From: Candidatus Parcubacteria bacterium
GTDB taxonomy: Bacteria > Patescibacteriota > Minisyncoccia > Phycocordibacterales > UBA918
Assembly (NCBI GenBank): GCA_041173745.1
Contig: JBEDID010000002.1
Coordinates: forward strand, 1 to 44,590
Direction: 5' to 3'
DNA: 44,590 nucleotides
Positions 35,007-43,964 of the stretch are shown here, piece by piece; positions within the stretch are counted from its first letter, which is position 1, and each line of letters opens with the position of its first letter. Made by a program: the position numbers and the translations under genes. The notes below the pieces were generated by a model, which was not told where the DNA came from, did no database searches, and saw only the letters and a program-made list of their open reading frames with translations.

Positions 35007-35149
35007 ATATTTTTAAAAATTAAATTTATTAATTTTAATTTAAATTAAAAAAGTAAATACATATTGTTATTTATAGAAACCTTTTCACATATTCTTACCC
35101 AACTTGAAAATTATTTATGAAAATATCACAAGATTTTAAGTCTCCATAT

Positions 35150-35181
35150 AAAAAATAGTTAGGCAGTATGCCTAACTATTT
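35150..35181 (-). terminator. obg rho-independent terminator
   Basis: AATAGTTAGGCA(35154-35165)/TGCCTAACTATT(35169-35180). T-run follows on the minus strand. Confidence 0.75.
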
Positions 35182-35246
35182 ATCCAACTTCCCTTTTTAA
35201 CTTAATTCTTTGATTTTTATAAGAAAAGTAATCATCATTCCCAAAC

Positions 35247-36218
35247 TTAAGTAAGCTTCTCGAGATGTTTTATCAGCTCGTCCTGGAGGATTTTATAAGA
35301 TTCAGGCTCGTCTTGACTAATAACAAGCACACGTTTCTTAGTTTTGGCAAGTGTTTTGATTATTTCATCAACAAACTCTTGTTTTACAAGGTCTTTTTTA
35401 GTTAAAATAATCCATTCATCCTTTTCAGAAAGAGTACCTTCGTACTGAGACAGCTCCTCACGTATGGTGTAATACTCAGAAACAGGGTCTTCGTGCTCTA
35501 ATGAAACAAGATGAAGTAGCATTTTAGTACGCGAGACATGACGTAAAAACTTATGACCTAGTCCCTTTCCAGCTGCTGCTCCGCTAATTAAACCGGGAAT
35601 GTCAGCAATAATAAAACCATAGAGATCACCAAGGTGAGGTTCTAGAGTAGTAAAAGGATAAGCCCCAATTCTAGAGTGTGCATTGGTTAAATTATTTAGT
35701 AGAGTAGACTTGCCCGCGTTAGGTTGACCGATCAATCCAACATCTACAACCAAAGAAACTTCAATTAAGAAATCTCCACCTTCAGCCTTGTGACCTTTGG
35801 TCGCTTCGTCAGGAGCTCGGTTAACAGACGTCTTAAAATATTCATTACCTAGTCCACCACTTCCACCTTTAAGAATACGTTCCTTTGCTCCAACTGTAGT
35901 AAGTTCAAAAGTTCGTTTGCGTCCGATATCTGTCACTCGAGATCCAACTGGAATATCTATAAATAAATCGTTACCATTTTTACCAGCTTTACTCTGACCA
36001 GCTCCAGCATCACCAGCCTCAGCCGCAAAAGCTTTGTTGCCAGTATATTTAGACAAACGGTTCAAGTCTTTAACTGCTCTAACGTAGACATCTCCTCCGT
36101 TTCCTCCATTACCTCCACATGGTCCACCTAGTGGTTTAAATTTATCATGGCGCCAACGAACAACGCCGTCGCCGCCGTTACCCGCTTTCGCAGAAATAGT
36201 TAATTCATCAACAAACAT
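35247..36218 (-). CDS. obg: GTPase Obg/CgtA
   Basis: The ORF track starts at 36266. ATG 36218 gives the canonical MFVDELTISAKAGNGGDGVV. Gly-rich Obg fold. G1 GQPNAGKST, G3 DIPGLI. Confidence 0.9.
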   Translation of the reverse strand: MFVDELTISAKAGNGGDGVVRWRHDKFKPLGGPCGGNGGNGGDVYVRAVKDLNRLSKYTGNKAFAAEAGDAGAGQSKAGKNGNDLFIDIPVGSRVTDIGRKRTFELTTVGAKERILKGGSGGLGNEYFKTSVNRAPDEATKGHKAEGGDFLIEVSLVVDVGLIGQPNAGKSTLLNNLTNAHSRIGAYPFTTLEPHLGDLYGFIIADIPGLISGAAAGKGLGHKFLRHVSRTKMLLHLVSLEHEDPVSEYYTIREELSQYEGTLSEKDEWIILTKKDLVKQEFVDEIIKTLAKTKKRVLVISQDEPESYKILQDELIKHLEKLT

Positions 36219-36340
36219 AGTGACGGAACAATACCGTACTTTTGTCAAATAAGCAACTTGGACCATGGCTCAGGTGTAACACTACACTGCATACGCAATC
36301 ACCATGAGTAGCAACCTCCGTTTTGCGTGTAGCATCAATT

Positions 36341-36378
36341 AAAAAAGCTTACCTTGCAAATTAAAGGTAAGCTTTTTC
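36341..36378 (-). terminator. Rho-independent terminator of the 116-aa membrane protein gene
   Basis: AAAAAGCTTACCTT(36342-36355)/AAGGTAAGCTTTTT(36364-36377). Confidence 0.7.
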
Positions 36379-36391
36379 TAAAACTACAATT

Positions 36392-36742
36392 TTATTTTGA
36401 GTTACCACTAATCCAGCGATTACCGATGGTACTGATTATACTCATAAAAAATGAACCTAGTAGAGCGTAGCCGAAACCATCGACATCAAAACCATCTATG
36501 AACGAAGCGGCAAACTGAAATAGAAGCGCATTGATAACGAAAGCGAATAGACCTAGAGTAACAACTGTAATCGGAAAAGTGAGAATTAATAGGAGAGGAC
36601 GAATAAAGACATTTAACACACCGAGGATAAAGGCCGCGATTAAAGCTGGGTAAAAGCCTGTTACATGTATGCCTGGAATATAATAAGCGATTACAAAAAG
36701 TCCTATGGCGTTAAAGAATAGTCGGGGTAATAAATTTTTCAT
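36392..36742 (-). CDS. Small 4-TM membrane protein, phage-holin-4_2 / DUF360-like
   Basis: 116 aa. IPGIHVTGFYPALIAAFILGVLNVFIRPLLLILTFPITVVTLGLFAFVINAL...IDGFDVDGFGYALLGS matches the pattern of this family as I recall it. Confidence 0.65.
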   Translation of the reverse strand: MKNLLPRLFFNAIGLFVIAYYIPGIHVTGFYPALIAAFILGVLNVFIRPLLLILTFPITVVTLGLFAFVINALLFQFAASFIDGFDVDGFGYALLGSFFMSIISTIGNRWISGNSK

Positions 36743-36794
36743 AACTATATTGTAAACTCGCTATAGCTTTAATACAATAGCTATAACGAACACC

Positions 36795-36830
36795 TACTAA
36801 AAAACCGTCCCTTGTAAGGACGGTTTTAAA
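36795..36830 (-). terminator. secA rho-independent terminator
   Basis: AAAACCGTCC(36801-36810)/GGACGGTTTT(36818-36827). T-run follows on the minus strand. Confidence 0.75.
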
Positions 36831-36845
36831 ATTTATGAAAGTGAT

Positions 36846-39368
36846 TTATTTGGTTACGATTGTCCAGCCTGAGCTCAATAGAGCTTCAGCTTTTTTGAAT
36901 TTTAATTCTTGAGTGTCTGTACCGTTTGTGATAGTCACAATATCATTTCGACCGTAAGCAGTTTCTTTTGTGACTGGAACTTGTTTTGTTGGTTCATCAA
37001 TATCTCCATCACCGGCCGCTGCTTGAGCAATTTCGGCTTCGTGCTTACGTTCAGCTTCTTCTTTAACCACCTCTTGAGGCTGGATACGAGGCAACACTTC
37101 TGCCAAACGGACGTACAAGACTTCCTGCATCTCTTTAAAGAGTCGATTGCCTTCTTTACGATATTCGACAAGTGGATCGCGCTGACCATAGGCTCGGAGA
37201 GTAACACTAGAACGAGTAAAACTCATTACTTCTAAATGTTCCACCCACAACATATCTATCATCTGTAGCACTACGCGGCGGAAAATATCCATCATTACTT
37301 CTGCTCCGAATTCAGCTTGCTTGGCCTCAAAGACTTCTTGAGTCTCAGGTGAAGCTTCGTACATTTCCATTAAGACACTCTCTACCTCAGCTTCATCGGC
37401 ACCGAGTAATTTTCGACGACGGGAATAAATCGACTTACGCTGTTGATTGAGAACATCGTCGTAAGCCAGTACTTGCTTGCGTGAATCGAAGTGAAAGCCT
37501 TCAATCTTTGTCTGGGCACTTTCTAGAGTTTTAGAAATCATTCCCATTTCGATCGGCTGATCTTCTGGGATTTTAAATGTACCCATTAAAGATTTTACTC
37601 GCTCACCACCAAAGACGCGCATTAGCGAATCATCCATTGAAACATAAAATTGTGTTTCACCTTTATCACCCTGACGACCAGAACGACCACGTAACTGGTT
37701 ATCAATTCGACGGGCTTCGTGTCGTTCGGTACCAAGTACAAAGAGGCCACCGAGCTCCTTTACTGACGTAGCCTGTTCGACAGTAGCATCGGGACCACCG
37801 AGCTTAATATCGACACCACGACCTGCCATGTTTGTAGCTAAGGTGACGGCTCCCTTGTGACCGGCAGCCGCAATAATCTCACCCTCACGTTCGTGATTTT
37901 TAGCGTTAAGCATCTCGTGTGTAATACTTGCCTTCGTTAGCGCAGCGGAGAGACGTTCGTTGGATTCAATTGAAGCGGTACCAATTAAAATTGGTTGTCC
38001 AGTTTCGTGTACGGCTTTTACCTTTTCGATAATTGCTTTAAACTTGCCAGGTTCATTTTGGTAGATTAAATCATTCTGGTCGAGACGTAAGACTGGTCGA
38101 TTAGTTGGCACCGGAATTACTTCCAGTCCGTAAACAGTACGAAACTCTTCTTCTGAGGTTAGTGCCGTACCGGTCATACCAGACAGCTTGTCATACATTC
38201 GGAAGTAATTTTGATAAGTAATCGAAGCGAAGGTTTTAGACTCTTTTTGGATAGTAACCCCCTCTTTTGCTTCAACGGCCTGATGTAGGCCGTCTGACCA
38301 TCGACGACCGGGCTGGAGACGCCCTGTAAACTCATCTACAATCACTACTTCACCATCGCGCACTACGTACTCCTTATCCTTTGTAAACAGCGCCTTGGCC
38401 CTCACAGCGGTTTCTAGGTGGTGCACATAACGAATCCCCTTGTCGGTATAGATGTTTTCAATCCCGAGCATTTTTTCGGCTGCTTCAATTCCTTCATCAG
38501 TCAGAATTGCACTCTTACTCTTTTCATCTAAAGTAAAATGTACTTCTGGATTTAGCTGTGCCGCAATAGCTGCGAAAGTTGGATACAAATTTTCTGTATC
38601 TGGAGCTGGCGCAGAAATAATAAGTGGCGTACGAGCTTCATCAATTAAAATTGAGTCGATTTCGTCGATGATGGCATAAGTGTGATAAGGCTGTCGTAAT
38701 CGACTGACTTCGTATTCAATATTGTCTCGCAAATAATCGAAACCGAATTCGCTGTTAGTACCATAAGTCACATCGGCTGCATAGGTTTCTTGTCGAGAAC
38801 AAGGACGTAAAAATTCATGCACCACCTTAAAGGAACCATGCTCGTCACGCTCAGCATCTAGTTCTTGATGAGCTGGATCATATAAGTACGATGACTCATG
38901 ATTAATAATTCCAACTGTTAATCCGAGCTTAGCAAATACTTGTCCCATCCAAACCGCGTCGCGTCGTGCAAGGTAATCATTAACGGTCACAATGTGTACA
39001 CCTTTACCAGTCAGTGCATTGAGCGTGGCGGGCAAAGTAGCCACCAGAGTTTTTCCTTCACCGGTGCGCATTTCGGTAATTTTCCCACGATGCAAAATAA
39101 TACCGCCGATAAGTTGCACGTCGTAGTGTCTAATATTAAGGGTGCGCTTAGCCGCTTCGCGTACGAGCGCAAAAACTTCCGGCAAAGCTTCATCCAGAGT
39201 AACCCCGGATGCAATACCAGCTTTCACTATCGACACTTTTTCTAACAAAGCCTCGTCTGATAATAAAGCAATATCTGCTTCTAAATTATTAATAGTAGCA
39301 ACCAATGGCTGCATAGCGGCGAGTTCCTTTTCGTAACCAGGGCCGAAAAACCTATCCAAAATTGACAT
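36846..39368 (-). CDS. secA: Preprotein translocase ATPase SecA
   Basis: 840 aa. MRTGEGKTLVATLP (Walker A), DEIDSILIDEARTPLIIS, TNMAGRGVDIKLGG, QLRGRSGRQGD. Confidence 0.96.
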   Translation of the reverse strand: MSILDRFFGPGYEKELAAMQPLVATINNLEADIALLSDEALLEKVSIVKAGIASGVTLDEALPEVFALVREAAKRTLNIRHYDVQLIGGIILHRGKITEMRTGEGKTLVATLPATLNALTGKGVHIVTVNDYLARRDAVWMGQVFAKLGLTVGIINHESSYLYDPAHQELDAERDEHGSFKVVHEFLRPCSRQETYAADVTYGTNSEFGFDYLRDNIEYEVSRLRQPYHTYAIIDEIDSILIDEARTPLIISAPAPDTENLYPTFAAIAAQLNPEVHFTLDEKSKSAILTDEGIEAAEKMLGIENIYTDKGIRYVHHLETAVRAKALFTKDKEYVVRDGEVVIVDEFTGRLQPGRRWSDGLHQAVEAKEGVTIQKESKTFASITYQNYFRMYDKLSGMTGTALTSEEEFRTVYGLEVIPVPTNRPVLRLDQNDLIYQNEPGKFKAIIEKVKAVHETGQPILIGTASIESNERLSAALTKASITHEMLNAKNHEREGEIIAAAGHKGAVTLATNMAGRGVDIKLGGPDATVEQATSVKELGGLFVLGTERHEARRIDNQLRGRSGRQGDKGETQFYVSMDDSLMRVFGGERVKSLMGTFKIPEDQPIEMGMISKTLESAQTKIEGFHFDSRKQVLAYDDVLNQQRKSIYSRRRKLLGADEAEVESVLMEMYEASPETQEVFEAKQAEFGAEVMMDIFRRVVLQMIDMLWVEHLEVMSFTRSSVTLRAYGQRDPLVEYRKEGNRLFKEMQEVLYVRLAEVLPRIQPQEVVKEEAERKHEAEIAQAAAGDGDIDEPTKQVPVTKETAYGRNDIVTITNGTDTQELKFKKAEALLSSGWTIVTK

Positions 39369-39410
39369 AATGGTCGTAGTATATATGTATTTAAGCCTAA
39401 ATACAAAGCA

Positions 39411-39431
39411 AAATCGCCCAAAGGGCGATTA
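39411..39431 (-). terminator. Terminator of the lysine-rich protein gene
   Basis: AATCGCCC(39412-39419) aaa GGGCGATT(39423-39430). TTTTGCTTTG follows on the minus strand. Confidence 0.65.
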
Positions 39432-39475
39432 TGCAATAAGTTTGACGCGGAGATTTCTAGTTACCTCCGCTCTAA

Positions 39476-39664
39476 CTACTTTTTTTTGGCGGCGGTCTTT
39501 TTTACAGTCTTCTTTACCACTTTTTTTATGGTCTTCTTTACTGCTTTCTTTGCTACTTTTTTTACTACCTTCTTAGCTACTTTTTTTGCAACAACTTTCT
39601 TTACTACTTTTTTTGCTACAACTTTCTTAGCTACTTTCTTGGCAGTCTTTTTTGCTACTGGCAT
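39476..39664 (-). CDS. Lysine/alanine/valine-rich histone-H1-like basic protein
   Basis: The ORF track starts at 39724. The ATG at 39664 gives MPVAKKTAKKVAKKVVAKKVVKKVV...KKTAAKKK (62 aa, about 45% Lys, periodic (A/V)KKV repeats). Has its own terminator. The complementary strand carries a mirror Phe-rich ORF, typical of a low-complexity artefact. Confidence 0.6.
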   Translation of the reverse strand: MPVAKKTAKKVAKKVVAKKVVKKVVAKKVAKKVVKKVAKKAVKKTIKKVVKKTVKKTAAKKK

Positions 39665-39786
39665 GATGTATTGAAAGATAAAATGTGAATAAATTTCGAC
39701 CGCAACACCTTCCCAAATTTTCAAAGAACAGAATAGGGAGAAGATTTTTGCTTACTAGTATTATTGCGTGTTATTAAGATAAGTAC

Positions 39787-39806
39787 AATTTTTTTTAAAA
39801 AAAATT
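39787..39806. repeat. AAT8A8TT perfect palindrome within a 160-bp >85% AT spacer
   Basis: AATTTTTTTTAAAAAAAATT at 39787-39806. Followed by further A/T runs (AAAAAAAATTTTTAAAAG, TTTTTTAAAAAATAAAAAAATAAAAAA) up to the murB stop at 39889. Confidence 0.85.
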
Positions 39807-39888
39807 TGGGGATAAACTATTTTATAAAAAAAATTTTTAAAAGTTTTTTTAACTTTTTATTTTTTAAAAAATAAAAAAATAAAAAATA

Positions 39889-40977
39889 TTATTCGATAAA
39901 ATTAACTTCAGTTTCAATTTTTATTTTAAAAGTTTTTTCTACAGCGGCAATTATCAGAATAGAAAAATCTTTTACATCAGTAGCAGTTGCACCTGGTTCA
40001 GTCACTATTGAAAGTGAGTGCAGTGGTGAAAGACCAACTACATCACGCCAGCGTAGTGTGCCATAAGTATGTTTGTTGTACGTGGTACATTCCATCAAAA
40101 ATGCAGTTGAGATTTTGACCGTTCCGTCAGGCAGCAACCAGTGCCAAGGAGCAAACTTAGCGCCAATGGTGGCAAAATTATCAGCCACGATTTTTTCCAC
40201 GTGAGAGAATTCATCCGCTGTGACAATTGTATTTTTGAAAAAAGATCCAGCTGAACGAAAACAACCTGGTACCATACCGATATTTTTTCGAACGTGTAAT
40301 ATCGCTTGTCGTATATCGGTCAATGTTGGCTCGTTAATATTTTGCTCTTGCAAATAACGTTCGATACTTTGTGACGCACTGCGATAATTAAGATTAGTAG
40401 TACGGGTGGGCGCTAAACGAAACGTGACTGAAGTTACAATCAAGTTAGCACCGGCCGCGTGTTTAAACACACTATCTCGATAACCAAACAAACACGCAGC
40501 CGCAGTTAAATTACTGAATTGTTTTGTCTTTGTATTATAGACAACAACTTCTTCAATCGTCTCCGAAGCAGACGTGCCATAAGCGTTGATATTTTGAATC
40601 GGAGCAGCACCAACAGTACCCGGTATGCCCGACAGATTTTCTAATCCAGACAACCCACGTTCAACCACTTGTGCCACTAAGGCATCCCAATTTTCACCGG
40701 CTGCGGCTGTGACATATGTTTCTTCGCTTTCTTTATCTCGAAAGATTATTCCTTTCAGTTCATTTTTTACTACTAACTGTGACAATTTTCCGTCAGCCAC
40801 CAACATGTTAGAGCCGCCACCCAACACAAGGATTGGCAGTTTTTCTACTGCAGCAAAATCTGCTATTGCAGGCAGTTGTTCCAAGTCTGTTAACGGGCAA
40901 AAATAATCAGCAACACCACCTACTTGCAAGGTGGTGTACTGAGCCAGAGAAACATTTTTCTCGATAGGCAGTTTCAT
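39889..40977 (-). CDS. murB: UDP-N-acetylenolpyruvoylglucosamine reductase (long form)
   Basis: 362 aa. LAQYTTLQVGGVADYF, LVLGGGSNMLV, GLENLSGIPGTVGAAPIQNINAYG. Confidence 0.85.
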   Translation of the reverse strand: MKLPIEKNVSLAQYTTLQVGGVADYFCPLTDLEQLPAIADFAAVEKLPILVLGGGSNMLVADGKLSQLVVKNELKGIIFRDKESEETYVTAAAGENWDALVAQVVERGLSGLENLSGIPGTVGAAPIQNINAYGTSASETIEEVVVYNTKTKQFSNLTAAACLFGYRDSVFKHAAGANLIVTSVTFRLAPTRTTNLNYRSASQSIERYLQEQNINEPTLTDIRQAILHVRKNIGMVPGCFRSAGSFFKNTIVTADEFSHVEKIVADNFATIGAKFAPWHWLLPDGTVKISTAFLMECTTYNKHTYGTLRWRDVVGLSPLHSLSIVTEPGATATDVKDFSILIIAAVEKTFKIKIETEVNFIE

Positions 40978-40981
40978 AGAT

Positions 40982-43207
40982 TTAATTACAACCAGTTTGT
41001 GGTTCGCGGTTGTTCTCGATATTCTTCACAAAACATTTTGACGAAGATGCGAATGATGGAATCAAGTCTTGAGCTTCTGTCAAAGTTGAGACGGCTTTAT
41101 CTTTTTCTCCTAGTTGGTAATACAAGAAAGCTAGCGAAGCCCAATTTTGAGCATCGGTACGCCACTTTTGACTAGCGTCTGGTTCGGTATTAATTCGGTA
41201 CGAGAAGAGGTCGGCTACGAAGGCAGTTTGCCCAGCTTGATTTGCAGCCCCAATCAAGAAATCACTTTTTGCAAAACGTAACTTGATAGCTTCATCTGTA
41301 ACAGTTTCAATATCACTATGTGCCAAAGCTAGGGCAGCATCTATTTCTTTAGTGTAGAAAAGTGAAGCAGCGTAATATTCACGAGCTTCAAGATTTCGCT
41401 GATCTAGTTCATAAGCCACTTTGAAAAAATCTCTAGCTTCTTCATTTTTACCTAATGACAAAGCAACGAAACCTTGCTGCACAATGATTGATTGTTTCAA
41501 TGGTGAAAAAGTACGAGCAAGGGCCATATGTTCGGCAGCTTTGTCTAGTTGATTGATAGAACGATAGTAACTACCGATGAAGACTTCGATGCGAGCGTCA
41601 CCAGGCTTTTCTTCTTCCAAACGCATCAACTCAATTTCAGCGGCAGCGGCATAAGCATCACGAATGGCCGGAGTCACCTGTTGATTACGCGCCATACTCA
41701 TGGCTTGTTGAGTAAACTGTTCGGTAATTTCTTGATGCGCAAAAGAATTGCGGTTGATGGCACTACGGAAAGAAACTAGAGCGACGGCAGGATCCTTAGC
41801 TCGAAAAGCTTCAATAACATCACCGGCCGCTTGCATGCCTGGGACATGGAAGAAATATATACCAGCCACTAATACCACTGCGACTACTGGAGTAGCGAAT
41901 TGTGAAATCAGCATTTTATCAACCTTGAAATTCGCCACAGCAGCCGGGATGACACCAACCCGCGAGTTGATGAGTCCAAGAATAATTGCAAAGAAGATAT
42001 AACTAACGATGTTGTCGAACACTACCAAGTTGTGTGTGAAATAACCAGCGAGTAGACCAAGTAATACACCTCGTTCCATAACAGTAAATGATTGGTCGTC
42101 TTCGCGCAGTGGTCTAATGAGTAGGTAGTAAATACACCAACCGAAGATACTGAGGTAAACAGTCAAACCAATGAGACCACCTGTTACTAGCCAGTCCATG
42201 AAAATATCATGGGAGCGATCGAACCATTGTTCTTGTGCGTAGAGTCGTGGGTCGTAATATTTATTGAAGACGTAGTTAAAATTACTTTGACCATAGCCAA
42301 GCATTGGACGCTCTTTTACCCCTTCCCAAGCTGTTCCCCAGATAATCGTACGAATCTTTAAGTCATCGAGAGAGATGTTGGCAATACGCGCCAGGTTCGG
42401 ACTACTTTGAATCAACTGAGAATCTTTTCCAGCTACAAATGCTCCGACAGCGAGCAGCAAGAAGACAAAACCGCCCACGGCGTACTTACGAAACTCTCGG
42501 TACTTAGCACCAAATAAGCCAATATAGGCAGTAGTTACCATGACTCCAACTGCCAAACCAACCGCCGTACCACGAGTACCAGTTTCAATCAAAACAAAGG
42601 AAAACATTGCCCCCAGAGCTCCATACAAAAACTTTTGTAGTGTGCCGCGAGTCTCGACAAACAGCCACAATGCAATAAAAATATGGAAGAGCATGTAGAC
42701 CGCCATGTAGGCAGCGTTACCTAGGCGACTATCGATACGACTACTGGCGCCATCAATCATTCCGCCGTATTGAGCGAGACCATATAAAGCCACCAAGAAA
42801 GCCACGATAAGGGAGGTGTTGAGAAGATATTTCCAATGCTTTTGAGTTTGGATAACACTCCCCAAAACAAGCATGTACATGAACGTATGCACTAGAGACA
42901 CGTATCCATCCATACGTTCGAAGTTGCTCCAGAAACTGGTATTTGGACTGAGTCCTAATAAATTAGCAAAAAACATTACGACTAGTAATATTCCAAAACT
43001 CCAGACAATGCCAGAAATTTTGGGACGATACTTCACTTCGTATAAAGCTAAAATGAACCAAGCTGCAAATACCACATCGACAATTATTCTAAACCAGAAG
43101 TTTTTACCAGTAATGTATGGGAAAAAATAATTATTTTCGACATAGAGGGTGAGAAATGGAACCGCAAACAATCCTGCATAAACCACCGCTTTTAAAATAT
43201 CTTTCAT
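40982..43207 (-). CDS. O-antigen ligase/polymerase (Wzy_C-like) polytopic membrane protein with C-terminal TPR repeats
   Basis: 741 aa. About 12 TM segments including the LIETGTRGTAVGLAVG loop region typical of O-antigen ligase-like proteins. The C-terminal ~270 aa contain TPR-like repeats (AYELDQRNLEAREYYAASLFY; LAFLYYQLGEKDKAVSTL). Confidence 0.72.
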   Translation of the reverse strand: MKDILKAVVYAGLFAVPFLTLYVENNYFFPYITGKNFWFRIIVDVVFAAWFILALYEVKYRPKISGIVWSFGILLVVMFFANLLGLSPNTSFWSNFERMDGYVSLVHTFMYMLVLGSVIQTQKHWKYLLNTSLIVAFLVALYGLAQYGGMIDGASSRIDSRLGNAAYMAVYMLFHIFIALWLFVETRGTLQKFLYGALGAMFSFVLIETGTRGTAVGLAVGVMVTTAYIGLFGAKYREFRKYAVGGFVFLLLAVGAFVAGKDSQLIQSSPNLARIANISLDDLKIRTIIWGTAWEGVKERPMLGYGQSNFNYVFNKYYDPRLYAQEQWFDRSHDIFMDWLVTGGLIGLTVYLSIFGWCIYYLLIRPLREDDQSFTVMERGVLLGLLAGYFTHNLVVFDNIVSYIFFAIILGLINSRVGVIPAAVANFKVDKMLISQFATPVVAVVLVAGIYFFHVPGMQAAGDVIEAFRAKDPAVALVSFRSAINRNSFAHQEITEQFTQQAMSMARNQQVTPAIRDAYAAAAEIELMRLEEEKPGDARIEVFIGSYYRSINQLDKAAEHMALARTFSPLKQSIIVQQGFVALSLGKNEEARDFFKVAYELDQRNLEAREYYAASLFYTKEIDAALALAHSDIETVTDEAIKLRFAKSDFLIGAANQAGQTAFVADLFSYRINTEPDASQKWRTDAQNWASLAFLYYQLGEKDKAVSTLTEAQDLIPSFASSSKCFVKNIENNREPQTGCN

Positions 43208-43321
43208 ATGGGTGCAACTATACCACGACAGCCGGCAGTAAAATCACTAGACGTGGGTAAAAATTAAGGGTGTAGGCTTAAAAAGCCGGTAGGTTCAAAA
43301 GGTTCACCAGCTAATTTTACT

Positions 43322-43579
43322 TCACTCATAAAGCTCGCTATGAGTTCCAATTTCATAAAAAGTAACAGTATTACCCGCAGTTATAAACAAAGCTCGATAA
43401 TCCCCCGTAATATTCATGCTTTGTAGTGGATATTTACTACCTCGTAAAGTATGTATATTAAGCAAAGGATGTTTTATATTATCAGTCAAAATACGCAGCC
43501 TATTTTCAAATTGAGATTTTACTTTGGTAGGCAATTTAATAAATTGCTTTTTAAACAAACGACTGAAAACAATTTCCAT
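43322..43579 (-). CDS. Type II toxin, RelE/YafQ/ParE-superfamily mRNA interferase
   Basis: 85 aa. FKKQFIKLP...HPLLNIHTLRGSKYPLQSMNITGDYRALF...EIGTHSELY pattern. 3-nt gap after the antitoxin gene. Ends in TGA. Confidence 0.8.
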   Translation of the reverse strand: MEIVFSRLFKKQFIKLPTKVKSQFENRLRILTDNIKHPLLNIHTLRGSKYPLQSMNITGDYRALFITAGNTVTFYEIGTHSELYE

Positions 43580-43582
43580 AGC

Positions 43583-43855
43583 TTATTTATTCAACCAAGC
43601 CATGGCATCATCAACATTTGTAAAAGTCGGTGAAGCATTTTTTCCAACTGCAATATCATTTACTGCCTGACTTATTCTGCGTGCCACCTCAGACTTTAAT
43701 TTTGGCTCACTACTTAAAGTAAATTCTCCCGAGCGAATAAATTCCTTTAAATAAGAATTTACAATTATAGAAAGAGGTACGCCTAAATGTTTAGCCAGCA
43801 ACTGCGCTTGTTCTTTTACGTCAACATCAGTTTTTACATTTAAAACAGTTTTCAT
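43583..43855 (-). CDS. Type II antitoxin, RelB/DinJ family
   Basis: 90 aa. N-terminus VLNVKTDVDVKEQAQLLAKHLGVPLSIIVNSYLKEFI (ribbon-helix-helix, DinJ-like). Confidence 0.8.
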   Translation of the reverse strand: MKTVLNVKTDVDVKEQAQLLAKHLGVPLSIIVNSYLKEFIRSGEFTLSSEPKLKSEVARRISQAVNDIAVGKNASPTFTNVDDAMAWLNK

Positions 43856-43860
43856 AATTT

Positions 43861-43882
43861 AACTATTGTATACACAACAGTT
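43861..43882. promoter_or_regulatory. Candidate TA operator (imperfect 22-bp palindrome)
   Basis: AACTATTGTATACACAACAGTT, 9 of 11 positions self-complementary around a central GTATAC. Starts 6 nt upstream of the antitoxin ATG. Confidence 0.4.
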
Positions 43883-43897
43883 ATTTTGTCAAACAAT

Positions 43898-43937
43898 AAA
43901 CATCAGCCGCCGCACAATAGTGCGGCGGCTGATGTTT
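43898..43937 (-). terminator. Terminator of the methyltransferase gene
   Basis: Perfect 18-bp stem AAACATCAGCCGCCGCAC(43898-43915)/GTGCGGCGGCTGATGTTT(43920-43937), loop AATA. Confidence 0.8.
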
Positions 43938-43964
43938 AAACTCTTTAGAATTAGGTTTACTAGG

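Noticed and set aside
34799-35246. AT-rich palindromic spacer as a chromosomal replication origin
   Set aside because: I found only 7/9 matches to the DnaA box (TTTGGATAG near 34850, TTATCCAAC near 35178) and no cluster. No dnaA or dnaN is nearby. Gene orientation does not switch across it: minus-strand genes lie on both sides.
39476-39664. Periodic 12-15 nt repeats as a CRISPR-like array or noncoding tandem repeat
   Set aside because: There is no repeat-spacer organisation. The periodicity is that of AAG/AAA-GTN-GCN codons in an open frame with an ATG, a stop and its own terminator.
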